This document shows positions 46,457 through 58,028 of a stretch of 64,000 nt of DNA, piece after piece. The notes below the pieces were generated by a model. The model had not been told where the DNA came from, made no database searches, and saw nothing but the letters and a program-made list of their open reading frames with translations. The DNA comes from Nannocystales bacterium. GTDB taxonomy: Bacteria > Myxococcota_A > Polyangia > Nannocystales > Nannocystaceae. Every line of letters starts with the position of its first letter. Positions within the stretch are counted from its first letter, which is position 1. The stretch is from NCBI GenBank assembly GCA_050633305.1, contig JBOEGF010000011.1:235946-299945 (forward strand), written 5' to 3'. The position numbers were made by a program, and so were the translations under genes.

Positions 46457-49252
46457 TCAGCCAGGAAGCGCGCAGAGCGTGTCTGCGACGTTGTTGTCCT
46501 CGTTGCACTCGTTCATCGCGCCGTTGGGTGAATCGACCGAGGCAGGGTCGACGATGGCTTGGATGGTGACGGGCGGGGCGACGTCCACGGGAAGGGGCAA
46601 CGTCAGGCTGAGGACCTCGAACTGTCCCGGCGCGAGTTCGATGCTCGTCTGCGTCTCGAGCAGCACGGTGGTGCTCATGCCGTCGTCGAGGAGAATGGCG
46701 ACGTCCGTGCCGGCCGGAATGCTCAGCGCGCCATCGTTGCGCACGAGCACCGAGAGTTGGACCTCCCACCCGTCGTCGGTCTCCGCGGGGGTGCAGATGT
46801 TGCCGCCGAGGACCGCATCGGGAGCGGCGAAGAGCCCGTCTGGTTGGACGTTCTGCCGGAAGTTGTTGAAGCGCTCGTTGAGCCAGTTCACCTCCATCGC
46901 AGCGGGGACGGTGCCGTCTTCGGTGATGTGGGTGATCGAGTAGGCGTGCTGGTTCCAGACTCGGCGGGTCCGGACCCAGTTGTCCGAGGCGTCCTCCCAC
47001 ACCACGATGCCTTGCTCGTCGGTGTTCTCTCCTACGATGATCTCGGCGTTGCCATCGTTGTCGACGTCGGCGATGACCGGCATCTCGATGCGTGTGTGGC
47101 TGTCGTGGGGGCCGAGTGTCCGAATGACGGCCCCGGTCCGCCCATCGAGGATCAACAAGTCGTTCTCGTCGGCGTAGACAACCTCGGCGTTTCCGTCGCC
47201 CTCGAAGTCGAAGACGCTCGATGCGGTGACTCTCGAACTGCAGTCCTGGTTGACCGCCTGCCACAAGATGCCCTCACTGACGCATGTATCGGGGAGGGGG
47301 TCGCCGGTGCACTCGTAGGGGTCGGCCACGACGTAGTAATCCGCGGATGCGGTCCCGATCTCCGGCTGGCCGTCGCCATCGAAGTCCGCGATTGTTGGGG
47401 GGCCGGACTCGTTGTACGGACAGTCGATGACGGGCAGGGGCACCCGTTGAAGCTCCGTCCCGTCGGTATCGAGGACAAACACCTCGCCCAACCGGATGAT
47501 GACGATCTCGCCTTCGTCGTCGTCGTCGAAGTTCGCGATCGCAGTGAAGCCGTCGCAGGTGAGCACTGAGCCGTTGTGGCACGCGCTGTTGGACCCGGCG
47601 CCGTAGTCGTAGCTCCACACGATGTTGCCCTCGTGGTCGTACAGGGTGTTCCCGGCTGCAACTTCGAGGTTGCCGTCGAGGTCGACGTCGGCGACCGCAG
47701 ACGAGGGTCCAAGGAAGCCGTTGTTCCCCACGCCGGCATCGGCCTCGCCGTCCGGGACTGCCGAGGCGAGTCCATCCCAGAGCAGCGAGCCGTCTTGTCC
47801 GTTGAGCGCGATGTTCCCCACGATGACCTCAGGGGTGCCGCTGGCGTCCAAGTCTGCGACCGATGCGATGGGGCCGCCGCGGGTGTGCACGTCCCACGTT
47901 GGATAGGTCTGGTTGTGCCACATCAGCTCCCACGCGCTGCCGTCGATCTCGGTGCGCCGGAACGCCGCGGTGCCTTGGGGCTGATTGCTCGCATTGAGGG
48001 TCAGCGCGACCAGCTCGGGGACCCCGTCCCCGTCGAGGTCGGCACCTGCAATGCCCGCGTCGTTGGTGAGTCGGTAGCCGTCGGCCAGCAGGGACTCGTT
48101 GATCGTGCCCAACTCGAGCATGGACCCGTCGGCTTCGGGCTGTCCGCTGGTGATGCGAAGCGTCGCGCGGCGGTTGCAGCACCCGTCGCCTTGGCGGTCG
48201 TAGGTCAGGAACGCGATGTCGGGTGTGTCGCCGTTGTCGGTGAGTCCGTCGTCGTTGTCATCCGTCAGATTGAGCACGATGGGCGTCGCAACCACGTCGT
48301 TGCGAACTGGGTCGACAGTCGTGTCGGCATCGGTCCACTGTCCGCCGATCTCTGGCTCGAACTCTCCAACCGGTGGGATGAACTCGCAGTCCGGCGCAGC
48401 GTCCTCGGGAACACATTGGCCGGTCGACTGGGCGCAGATCTGGCCGATGGGACACTCCTCGGTGAACTCGCAGTCATCGCCGGGGACCACGCAAGTCGTC
48501 GCGAAGCAGACCTCACCATCGCCGCAGCAGGTGTCGAGGTCAGCGCCGCAGATGTCGTTGTCGTTGTCGCACTTCGGCACGCAGGCGGTGCCGTCGCAGG
48601 TCAGCTCGAAGCTGCAGCACACGTCGTCACAGAACTCGGTGGGCCCCTCGTCGATGTTGGAGTCGCAGTTGTCGTCGAGCCCGTTGCAGACCTCGAGCCC
48701 ATCGGGATTGACGTCCTCGTTGTCGTCGAGACAGTCCGCGTCGTTGTCGACCCAGCCTTCGGGGATGTCGGCGCACGTCCGGATGCCGTTGTCATTGGCG
48801 TCGCCGTACCCATCGTTATCGGCATCGGGCCACAGCTGCTGCGAGTTGGGATCGAAGCCGGCGCAGACCACTGCGTTCTCGCCATCGCATTCCCACGCGA
48901 GCTCGTCGCATTCGTTGCAGGCCTCGCCGAGGGTCTGTGGGAGCGCATCGCAGCCCCCGCATGGGTTCTCGTCACCGGGGCAGGCCGAGCCACTGTCGGT
49001 GGCGTCGGTGTCGGCTGCGTCGGTGTCGGTCCCCTGGGAGTCCGTGCCCGAGCCCAAGGTCGGGTCGCTCGACGGTGAGTCGGTCGCGTTCTCGGAGTCG
49101 GTGCCGCTTTGCGTCACGGCGTCGCTGAGTGAGCCAATTCCATCGGTGTCCTCGGTCGCGGCGGCGAAGTCTCCGCACGCGGTCAACGCAAGCAGTGAGA
49201 CCCCCGAGATGCGCCCGAGACGCGTTGCTTTCGCCGAGGTGCAGTTTGTCAA
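46457..49252 (-). CDS. Surface lipoprotein with Cys-rich region, FG-GAP/VCBS repeats and CARDB-like C-terminus
   Basis: Lipobox LTAC; DADNDGYG...EVCNGLDDNCD; ADLDGDGVPE, ADFDGDGQPE, FDFEGDGNAE, TRRVWNQHAY; ECNEDNN. Confidence 0.85.
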   Translation of the reverse strand: MTNCTSAKATRLGRISGVSLLALTACGDFAAATEDTDGIGSLSDAVTQSGTDSENATDSPSSDPTLGSGTDSQGTDTDAADTDATDSGSACPGDENPCGGCDALPQTLGEACNECDELAWECDGENAVVCAGFDPNSQQLWPDADNDGYGDANDNGIRTCADIPEGWVDNDADCLDDNEDVNPDGLEVCNGLDDNCDSNIDEGPTEFCDDVCCSFELTCDGTACVPKCDNDNDICGADLDTCCGDGEVCFATTCVVPGDDCEFTEECPIGQICAQSTGQCVPEDAAPDCEFIPPVGEFEPEIGGQWTDADTTVDPVRNDVVATPIVLNLTDDNDDGLTDNGDTPDIAFLTYDRQGDGCCNRRATLRITSGQPEADGSMLELGTINESLLADGYRLTNDAGIAGADLDGDGVPELVALTLNASNQPQGTAAFRRTEIDGSAWELMWHNQTYPTWDVHTRGGPIASVADLDASGTPEVIVGNIALNGQDGSLLWDGLASAVPDGEADAGVGNNGFLGPSSAVADVDLDGNLEVAAGNTLYDHEGNIVWSYDYGAGSNSACHNGSVLTCDGFTAIANFDDDDEGEIVIIRLGEVFVLDTDGTELQRVPLPVIDCPYNESGPPTIADFDGDGQPEIGTASADYYVVADPYECTGDPLPDTCVSEGILWQAVNQDCSSRVTASSVFDFEGDGNAEVVYADENDLLILDGRTGAVIRTLGPHDSHTRIEMPVIADVDNDGNAEIIVGENTDEQGIVVWEDASDNWVRTRRVWNQHAYSITHITEDGTVPAAMEVNWLNERFNNFRQNVQPDGLFAAPDAVLGGNICTPAETDDGWEVQLSVLVRNDGALSIPAGTDVAILLDDGMSTTVLLETQTSIELAPGQFEVLSLTLPLPVDVAPPVTIQAIVDPASVDSPNGAMNECNEDNNVADTLCALPG

Positions 49253-49345
49253 ACCGAGGGTGAGACACCCCAGGTGCGCGAAGATCCGGATGGGCGCTTA
49301 CTTTTTTGCGTTGGGATGATGGAGCTGCGCGCGTTCGCACCTTTC

Positions 49346-50404
49346 CTACTCGCTCTGCGCGGCAGGAGCCGTGGCTCGGGGGAGCCGCAGCGCGGCTCTC
49401 CAGTCCAGGTTGAGGCTCCACTGGGAACCCAGGCCGAGCAGGACGATGGTGCTGAGTTGGCAGACGTACAAGTAGAACGCGAAGGTCGATCCCGCCGCCA
49501 TGACGGTGTCCCCGGGCAGGAACAGATGGAGGCCCGCCGCCACGCCGGTTTGAAACACGCCGAGCTGCGCTGGACCGCCGGGGATCAGCAGGGCCAGGTT
49601 CATGATCGCCAGCGTCGCGATGGCCTCGAATGGGGTGAGTGCGAGGCCGCAGCCCTGGGCCAGGATCCACATCCCGGCCGCGTTGGCGAGCCAGTAGCCG
49701 ATGCTCACCGCGACAAACCCTGTGATCGCCGCAGGGTTGGGTAGGGCTCGAAACCCGTCCGCGACCCCCCGAATGGTCTGCTCCGCCCAGTCGGCGAACT
49801 TGGGAGACCACCCCAAGACCCACCGGGATGCAGCTGCGATGGGGGCGGGCCACCGGGCGGCAGCGAGCATGCCGAGCAGGGCAGCCGAGAACACCGCCAT
49901 GACGGCCATGCTCGCGATATAGAAGGTCTGCGTGTCGCCTTGCGGTTGGGCGAACGCCATCGCAACGAAGAACAGCGCGCAGACCAACACGCCGTCGACC
50001 GCTCTCTCGATTGCGACGGTTCCCAGCGAGGTACTCACCTTGAGGTCGCTGCGTTGGGCCAAGAACACCGGGCGCGCGAACTCGCCAAGCCGGAACGGCA
50101 TCAGTGCGATCCACATGTAGCCCGCGAGTCCGATCCGGGTGACCTCCCCCAAGCCGGGAAGTTGTTGACCGCCCAGCGGAGCGAGCAGCAGCCGCCATCG
50201 ACCGGCGCGCAAGAGGTGGTACGGAAGGAGGGAGCCGAGGTACAGGGCGATGACTGCGGGAGATATCGACAGATCGTTCGGGATCGTGTCGAGGTAGGGG
50301 TGCAACGCGAGTACGAACGCGGCGGCGAGTACAAGAGACAAGCCGAGCTTGATGGCCACGCCCCGGCGTGCCGGAGGCTCGGGCTTCGGCGGCGCCTGCA
50401 TCAA
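49346..50404 (-). CDS. Lysylphosphatidylglycerol synthase TM-domain (flippase-like) membrane protein
   Basis: LRAGRW..LL, PFRLGEFAR, GTVAIERAVD, IPGGPAQLGVFQ. Confidence 0.85.
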   Translation of the reverse strand: MMQAPPKPEPPARRGVAIKLGLSLVLAAAFVLALHPYLDTIPNDLSISPAVIALYLGSLLPYHLLRAGRWRLLLAPLGGQQLPGLGEVTRIGLAGYMWIALMPFRLGEFARPVFLAQRSDLKVSTSLGTVAIERAVDGVLVCALFFVAMAFAQPQGDTQTFYIASMAVMAVFSAALLGMLAAARWPAPIAAASRWVLGWSPKFADWAEQTIRGVADGFRALPNPAAITGFVAVSIGYWLANAAGMWILAQGCGLALTPFEAIATLAIMNLALLIPGGPAQLGVFQTGVAAGLHLFLPGDTVMAAGSTFAFYLYVCQLSTIVLLGLGSQWSLNLDWRAALRLPRATAPAAQSE

Positions 50405-50429
50405 GGTCAGCCTACCGTGGGTGGATGCC

Positions 50430-50834
50430 TCAGGCGAGCAGAGCTCCGAGCGTGTCGCGGCTGCGGGCGAACGCGGAGAGTGCGAGGCCGAGGTTGGCCC
50501 GGTGGTCGAGCAACATCGCGACCACGAATGCCTCGCTGACCGGACTCGCGACGAGCGTGTGCGTGCAGGTCTCGAGCATCACCGTTGGTGCGGTGATCCC
50601 CTGAGCTGCGGCGGTCTGGTGCAGGCGGAACAACGGCAAGCCGAGTTGGGCGCCGAGGAGCTGCACATCGATGCCTTCGATCAGCGACGGGATGTGGGCG
50701 TAGTCGATCGCCAGGCCCTGCTCATCGCTCACCACTCCCGCGAATGCGCCCGGCGTGCGCTCGACCATGTTGCGCAGCGCCTCGCCAAACTCGGTGCCCA
50801 ACCGCGACTCGACCGTGCGTGCCACGCGGGTCAT
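50430..50834 (-). CDS. Roadblock/LC7 (MglB/MglC-like) protein
   Basis: FGEALRNMVERTPGAFAGVVSDEQGLAID...ANLGLAL; ATGA overlap with upstream gene. Confidence 0.75.
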   Translation of the reverse strand: MTRVARTVESRLGTEFGEALRNMVERTPGAFAGVVSDEQGLAIDYAHIPSLIEGIDVQLLGAQLGLPLFRLHQTAAAQGITAPTVMLETCTHTLVASPVSEAFVVAMLLDHRANLGLALSAFARSRDTLGALLA

Positions 50835-51760
50835 GGCGGGGCCCCGGTTCCGGTGACGACCTTCACGGCCCACTTCTTGCGCAAGGCATCGAGCTCTCGG
50901 TCGTAGGAGGCCGCTCGCCAAGGTCCAAGAACGGCGGCGCGTGCAGCCGCGACCGTGGCGGGGTCTTCGAGCGGCGCGGGCTCGAGCACCTGGACCAAGA
51001 AGACGATGTGATACCCGAAGCGGGTGCGGAACGGCTCGATGAAGCCGGGCTCCGTGTGTGGACGGACGTTCTCGACCCACTCCGCCGCCCATTTCGGCTC
51101 CACGCAGACGCCCTGGGAATCCTCGCGGATGCAGGCGTCGAGGTCGAAGGCCTTGGACTCGACGCTGAGTTTCACCACGCCGTCGTCCTTGTTCTCGTAG
51201 CGCATCAGCTTGCCCATCAGACGACACGCCTGAGGGTCGTCGGGGCGGACGTAGCGCTGCACCCGAGCGGCGATCGTTTCGATCCGGCTCTTCGCGGTGG
51301 CCTGCCACTGGGCGTCCTTGGCCTTGTCGAGCATCGCGTCGCGATCGTCGAACCCCGCGGGGACGGCGACGATCTGACACAGCATCGAGAGCCGCGGGCG
51401 GACGTGCTTGGGGGAGGCCAACGCTCGCATGAAGATCGGATCGTCCTCGGGGATGTCCGAGACCTCGTGGGTGGGCTCAAAGGTGTCGTGCATCCAAAGC
51501 CGAGCCAACGCGCCGCGGCGGACGAATCTCTCTCGGGCTTCGGTCAGAAGCGGCGGCGGGTCGACCCGGCTGTCCTGCTCGGCGCGTGCGGCCGAGGCGA
51601 GCAACGCGACCTCTTCGATGTGAGTGCGAGCTTGCGCGTCGGAGACCCCGTCGCGCCGAGCCACCATCTTCACCACCGCGCTGGCGGGCTCGCCGGTGTT
51701 GTGTGCAGGGTCGAGGCTGTTCGAGCCGCACGCCGTCGTCGCGATCAGGCCCCACAACAA
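50831..51760 (-). CDS. PpiC/parvulin-like lipoprotein (possible foldase)
   Basis: TTG 51760, lipobox TTAC; PGFIEPFRTRFGYHIVFL. Confidence 0.6.
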   Translation of the reverse strand: MLWGLIATTACGSNSLDPAHNTGEPASAVVKMVARRDGVSDAQARTHIEEVALLASAARAEQDSRVDPPPLLTEARERFVRRGALARLWMHDTFEPTHEVSDIPEDDPIFMRALASPKHVRPRLSMLCQIVAVPAGFDDRDAMLDKAKDAQWQATAKSRIETIAARVQRYVRPDDPQACRLMGKLMRYENKDDGVVKLSVESKAFDLDACIREDSQGVCVEPKWAAEWVENVRPHTEPGFIEPFRTRFGYHIVFLVQVLEPAPLEDPATVAAARAAVLGPWRAASYDRELDALRKKWAVKVVTGTGAPP

Positions 51761-51770
51761 CGCCGCCTTT

Positions 51771-52961
51771 CTAGAACGGCATCGAATACGAGAGGCTGCC
51801 CAACGCTCGGATCGGCCCGAAGCGGTTCGTCTGGTGCACGTAGTTGTAGGTCGCCTGCAGCCAGGCCCCGTCGAGCCACTGCAGCCCCGTTTTGGCGGCC
51901 AACGCATCCAGGCCGTAGGTTAGCTGAACGCCGCCGGTGTGGGAGCGCCAATCGTCGACCTTCACATCGGCACTTGCGCAGCCTTCGGGGGTGCCGCGGG
52001 AGCAGCCCACATCGGTGTCCATGTACTGCATGTCGTCGCGAAAGAAGAACGCCTCGGACTGCGTGTAGAAGCGATAGCGGAAGCGGACCCGGAGGTTCGT
52101 CGTGGCCCGGATGTGCACGCGCGGGTCGATGGCGTGGCCCTTGACGCCCCAGTCATCCGCGTAGAACCGGTAGCGCGGCTCGAGGGTGATCTTGGCCGCC
52201 GGCAGGTAGTAGCGCAGCGAACCGAACACCGTGACCCGGTTGCGCTTGCTCGGGTGCTTCTCGAACTCGATCCCGGGCAGTTGTTCGCCCCGATAGGGGT
52301 TGTCCATCGGCCCCTGCGCGTTCGCATACTCGACCGTGACCAGCGAGAGCAGATTGCGGGTGAGAATGTGGGAGTAGCCGGCTGAGACGTAGTGGGTTCG
52401 CAACAGGTTGGAGCCCTCGCCGAACCCTCCGTCTCGGCAACCTAGCTCCGCGTTGCCGCCGCACCACGCGAGGCGGCGGCCCATCCCATCGAAGATGCGA
52501 TAGACGCGGTCGAAGTTGAACGCGTACGAGAGCGAGAGGTTGATCGTCCGCTGCCGAAGGTCGCGGCCGAGACTCGCCCCGAGACTGCGAGACTGCCAAT
52601 CCGTCTCCGTCGAGTAGCGAAAAAATGTGCCCAGCTGCCACTCTTGCAGGCGCGAGGCTGCGCTGACGGTCGCTTCATGCCGGATCTCGGTGAACGAGAA
52701 ATCGCCACCGGTCACGGCTGTGGTGCCCGTCGCGATCGAGGCCGAGGTGACCGCATCGAGGAGGTACGCCGCGCCGAGTGTCAGGCGCTCGTCGGGGACG
52801 TCGACGGTCATCTTCAACTCGGGCGAAAGCACCCGGGTCGATTGCTCCCGATAGTAGTTGCCGCGCAACGTGACGCGGTCCTCGGCCTGGGCGTGCCCGG
52901 TCGGGAGAAACCACGCGACGAGCACCAGGGCCCACAACCACAGATTCAGCCGCACCCGCAT
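51771..52961 (-). CDS. DUF3570-family outer-membrane beta-barrel
   Basis: DAVTSAS, F.E.RHE, YSTETDW.SRS, NPYR, EKHPSKRNR, YRFYADDWG, RYRFYTQS.AFF. Confidence 0.8.
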   Translation of the reverse strand: MRVRLNLWLWALVLVAWFLPTGHAQAEDRVTLRGNYYREQSTRVLSPELKMTVDVPDERLTLGAAYLLDAVTSASIATGTTAVTGGDFSFTEIRHEATVSAASRLQEWQLGTFFRYSTETDWQSRSLGASLGRDLRQRTINLSLSYAFNFDRVYRIFDGMGRRLAWCGGNAELGCRDGGFGEGSNLLRTHYVSAGYSHILTRNLLSLVTVEYANAQGPMDNPYRGEQLPGIEFEKHPSKRNRVTVFGSLRYYLPAAKITLEPRYRFYADDWGVKGHAIDPRVHIRATTNLRVRFRYRFYTQSEAFFFRDDMQYMDTDVGCSRGTPEGCASADVKVDDWRSHTGGVQLTYGLDALAAKTGLQWLDGAWLQATYNYVHQTNRFGPIRALGSLSYSMPF

Positions 52962-53182
52962 CCGCCCCCAGCTGCGCCGTGTCCACCCATGCTGCCCTCG
53001 CGCGCGGCTTCGATGTGGGTGTGGAAGCTCTCCTCGTCAGCATCGGAGCCTGGGGTCATCTCCGGCTTGCTGAGGTTGGCGCGCTGCGCCGGCGTGACGG
53101 TGACGCATCCGGACGCGACGAGCAGGGCAGGGGCCGCTGCGAGCGTGCAGGCAGCGCGACGGAGCAGACGCGACCGGTTCAT
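52946..53182 (-). CDS. DUF4266-family small lipoprotein
   Basis: Lipobox ASGC; V.PAQRANL..PEM, H...AREGS.GG.G..GGGCGC. Confidence 0.85.
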   Translation of the reverse strand: MNRSRLLRRAACTLAAAPALLVASGCVTVTPAQRANLSKPEMTPGSDADEESFHTHIEAAREGSMGGHGAAGGGCGCG

Positions 53183-53255
53183 CGCCGCCACGCTGCCCGA
53201 CTCCGCGGTCTCGGGCAAGCGCTCCGAGCGGCTTGTTCTCCCGCGGATTTTTGGC

Positions 53256-53957
53256 ATGATGCGCGGCGGTTTGGTCGACGGGGAACGAGCGAGACAAGTG
53301 GTGGTCATCGATGGACCCGCGGGTGCGGGCAAGTCGACCATCGCTCGGGACCTCGCGCGCGCCTTGGGGTTGAGCATGCTCGACACCGGGGCCATCTACC
53401 GAGCTCTGGCCCTCGCGGCAGCACGGCAGGGCGTAGGTTGGGACGACGAGGCGGCCCTCGCGGCGCTGTGCCGGTCGCTTCCAATCCGCTTCGAAAGCCC
53501 TGAGAGCGGACCACAGCGGGTGTTCTTGGACGCGCTGGACGTGACGGAGGCGATTCGCACAGCGGAGATCACGGCGGGAGCGTCGAAGGTGTCCGCGCAT
53601 CCGGCTGTGCGCGCCGAGCTGTTGTCCGTGCAGCGAGCGCTGGGTGCTGGCGGATGTGTCGCGGAAGGGCGGGACATGGGAACGGTCGTCTTTCCCGACG
53701 CGCCACACAAGTTCTTCGTGACAGCCTCGCCGTTGGTTCGCGCGATGCGGCGCCGCGAAGAGAGGATCGCGCGCGGCGACGAAGGCGTCCCCTCGGTGGA
53801 AGCGGTGCGGCGTGCCCTCGAAGAGCGGGACCTGCGCGACTCGACCCGCGAGGCCGCCCCGCTGGCCCAGGCCCAGGACGCGGTCCGGGTCGACACGTCC
53901 TCGATGCAGCCCGAAGCGGTGGTCGACCACCTGCTCTCACTCATCGAGGCCGGCTAG
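53256..53957 (+). CDS. cmk: Cytidylate kinase
   Basis: IDGPAGAGKST, LDTGAIYR, VAEGRDMGTVVFPDA, RD..DSTR..APL. Confidence 0.95.
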   Translation: MMRGGLVDGERARQVVVIDGPAGAGKSTIARDLARALGLSMLDTGAIYRALALAAARQGVGWDDEAALAALCRSLPIRFESPESGPQRVFLDALDVTEAIRTAEITAGASKVSAHPAVRAELLSVQRALGAGGCVAEGRDMGTVVFPDAPHKFFVTASPLVRAMRRREERIARGDEGVPSVEAVRRALEERDLRDSTREAAPLAQAQDAVRVDTSSMQPEAVVDHLLSLIEAG

Positions 53958-54165
53958 AGCGGTCGCCGCTCTCGAGCACGTCTGGCCCCCTCGCCACGAT
54001 GTCTCGCTGGTCCTTGGGCGCGATGTCGTCGTCGCGAAACCTTGCGGGACCCCGGTACAGCAGCGCCTGCGCTTGTGGCCCTGGGCGCCAAATCCCTCAT
54101 GAGCCACCGCGTCGAGGTTGTGAGATGTGGTCTAGAAGCGGCCCACAAGTGCCTTCAGAGCCGAG

Positions 54166-54194
54166 TTGACCGGGGAGAACAAAGCCCCTAGGGT
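54166..54194 (+). promoter_or_regulatory. Putative sigma-70-type promoter for rpsA
   Basis: TTGACC - 17 bp - TAGGGT, about 105 bp upstream of rpsA ATG. Confidence 0.55.
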
Positions 54195-54298
54195 CCGCGT
54201 TCCGCCCGGGAGGCACCCGGGTTCGTCCCCAATGGTGGAGACGGATCCGCGATGGGTGCCTCAACTGTATCCGGGCATCTCGAAAGTCAACCCAAACC

Positions 54299-56119
<1,821 letters not shown>

Positions 56120-56164
56120 GTCCCGAGTCGCTTCGGACCTCTGAGTCACGCTCCGGCGTGATTG

Positions 56165-56202
56165 CGGAAGGCGCCTTGGGGAAACCCGAGGCGCCTTTTT
56201 CG
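56165..56202 (+). terminator. Intrinsic terminator after rpsA
   Basis: GGAAGGCGCCTTGGG-GAAA-CCCGAGGCGCCTTTTT, GNRA loop. Confidence 0.9.
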
Positions 56203-56318
56203 TGCTCCGGTGGGTTCGGCGTGTTCGATCGGCGGCACGCTCGGCCCCTCACGCCCCAGGCGCAGGTTCGCGGGCCGAAGCGCGTTTCGCTGGAGAGCTG
56301 CCGTGGTAGAACCCGCCC

Positions 56319-56837
56319 ATGCCCGATCCGCTCGACGGTGTGCGCGTCATCGAGGGTGACCTCGATGCCAAGGGGGCCCGGTTTGCGATCCTCGTGAGCC
56401 GGTTCAACAGCTTCATCACCGACCGCCTTCTCGGCGGCGCAGTCGAGACGCTACGGCGCCTCGGTGCCAACGCTGCCGACATTACGGTCGTGAAGGTTCC
56501 AGGTGCCTGGGAGCTTCCCCAGACCGCGTCGCGCATGCTCGAGACAGACAGCTACGACGCCGTCATCGCGCTCGGCTGTTTGATGAAGGGCGACACGATT
56601 CACTTCGACCTCATCGCCTCCGAAGCCGCCAAAGGCTTGTCCGCGCTCGGGCAGAAGACCGGTGTTCCGGTGCTGTTCGGTGTGCTGACCACCAACGACC
56701 TCGAGCAGGCGGTCCATCGCGCCGGGGCGAAGTACGGCAACAAGGGCGCTGAAGTGGCGCAGGCTGCCGTGGAACAAATCCGAGTCTACGCCGCGTTGGG
56801 CAACAAGAGCACGAGCTCTCGTCGCCGGAAGAAGTAA
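56319..56837 (+). CDS. ribH: 6,7-dimethyl-8-ribityllumazine synthase
   Basis: SRFNSFIT, VPGAWELP, LGCLMKGDTIHFD, GVLTT, GNKG. Confidence 0.96.
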   Translation: MPDPLDGVRVIEGDLDAKGARFAILVSRFNSFITDRLLGGAVETLRRLGANAADITVVKVPGAWELPQTASRMLETDSYDAVIALGCLMKGDTIHFDLIASEAAKGLSALGQKTGVPVLFGVLTTNDLEQAVHRAGAKYGNKGAEVAQAAVEQIRVYAALGNKSTSSRRRKK

Positions 56838-56843
56838 GGTTCG

Positions 56844-57335
56844 TTGAGCAGCTCCAACCACAACCGCCAGCCCGACGCTCGCGGTCGGGGACGCGAGTTG
56901 GTGCTCGCCGCTTTGTGTCACCTCGAGGATGTGACCGCAGAGCAGCGACCCGACGCGCTCAAATCTCTTCTCGCCAGCCCTCCCACGGGAGAGGAAACCG
57001 GGGAGACCCGTTTCGCTGAACTCGCCGCCGATCGACAGGCCCGCAAGTTCGCGGTCGCCTTGCTCGAGGTCGTGTTCGAGGGGTGGGAGACGATCGACGA
57101 GGACATCCGTACGGTGTCGAAGCGATGGAGGCTCGAGCGAATGGACCGGGTCGATCGCAACGCGCTGCGGATCGGAGCGGCTGAACTCCGCGGCCGGCCA
57201 GACACCCCGCGGGGCGTGATCTTGTCGGAAGCGGTCCGGCTGGCCTCGACGTACGGCAACGAGCGCAGTGCTGGCTTTGTGAACGGTCTGACCGCTTCGC
57301 TGGCCGACGCGCTTCGGCCAGGAGCGTCGCGCTAA
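56844..57335 (+). CDS. nusB: Transcription antitermination factor NusB
   Basis: RGRE, W.LERMDRVDRNALR, EAVRLA..YG...S..FVNG; follows ribH. Confidence 0.9.
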   Translation: MSSSNHNRQPDARGRGRELVLAALCHLEDVTAEQRPDALKSLLASPPTGEETGETRFAELAADRQARKFAVALLEVVFEGWETIDEDIRTVSKRWRLERMDRVDRNALRIGAAELRGRPDTPRGVILSEAVRLASTYGNERSAGFVNGLTASLADALRPGASR

Positions 57336-57964
57336 TGACGCCGTCGCCCCGCGGCCGGTCGCTGGCCCGGGGTCGGGTCCAGCTCCGGCTCGAGGCGCTG
57401 CAGCGCGACGTCCTCGATGGCCTGCCCGAGGCCGACGAGCCTGGCCGGGTGCGTGGCGATGTCGCGATCATCCCGTGGTTCGCAGATGAGCGACCCTTCC
57501 AAGGCCTCCTGGGTCTTCTCGACTGGCGCCGCGATGGCTCGCTGTCGTCACTCGCCCGCGATGGCGTGGCCCACGGGATCTGGAAAGAGCAGGTGCTGTT
57601 GCCCGCAGGGAGGGGACTCCCCGTGGATCGGATCGTCCTGTTGGGCTGTGGGGATCGTGAACGGTTCGACGCCGAAGCGGCCGCGAGCATCGGGGCTCAG
57701 GCGGCGAAGGTGGCCGTGGAGCTTCGCCCGCAAAGCGTCCTCGTGGGGATGCCGACCGGGTGTGCAGAGCGAGACGTGTTGGAATCGCTTTTCCTCGGTC
57801 TTGTACGAGGGATTGAAGACTCGGCCCAGGACGACCCTGAAGCTGTCTGGACCACACCAACCCACCCTTGGTGGGTCGTCGTGGAAGAGCGCCACATCGC
57901 CCGATTGCGGCGTCTGCTCGACGGGCCGCCGCGCGCCGCCACCCAGACCACGTCCTCTTCCTGA
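57335..57964 (+). CDS. M17 peptidase N-terminal-like domain protein
   Basis: DERPFQGLLGLLDWR, G..KEQVLL, RIVLLGCG; no catalytic M17 domain. Confidence 0.7.
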   Translation: MTPSPRGRSLARGRVQLRLEALQRDVLDGLPEADEPGRVRGDVAIIPWFADERPFQGLLGLLDWRRDGSLSSLARDGVAHGIWKEQVLLPAGRGLPVDRIVLLGCGDRERFDAEAAASIGAQAAKVAVELRPQSVLVGMPTGCAERDVLESLFLGLVRGIEDSAQDDPEAVWTTPTHPWWVVVEERHIARLRRLLDGPPRAATQTTSSS

Positions 57965-58028
57965 CCATCTTCCACCAGTTCTCAGCTCGGGCCGGTCGGC
58001 CTGCGCACGGCTGGTATACTCGCCGGCG

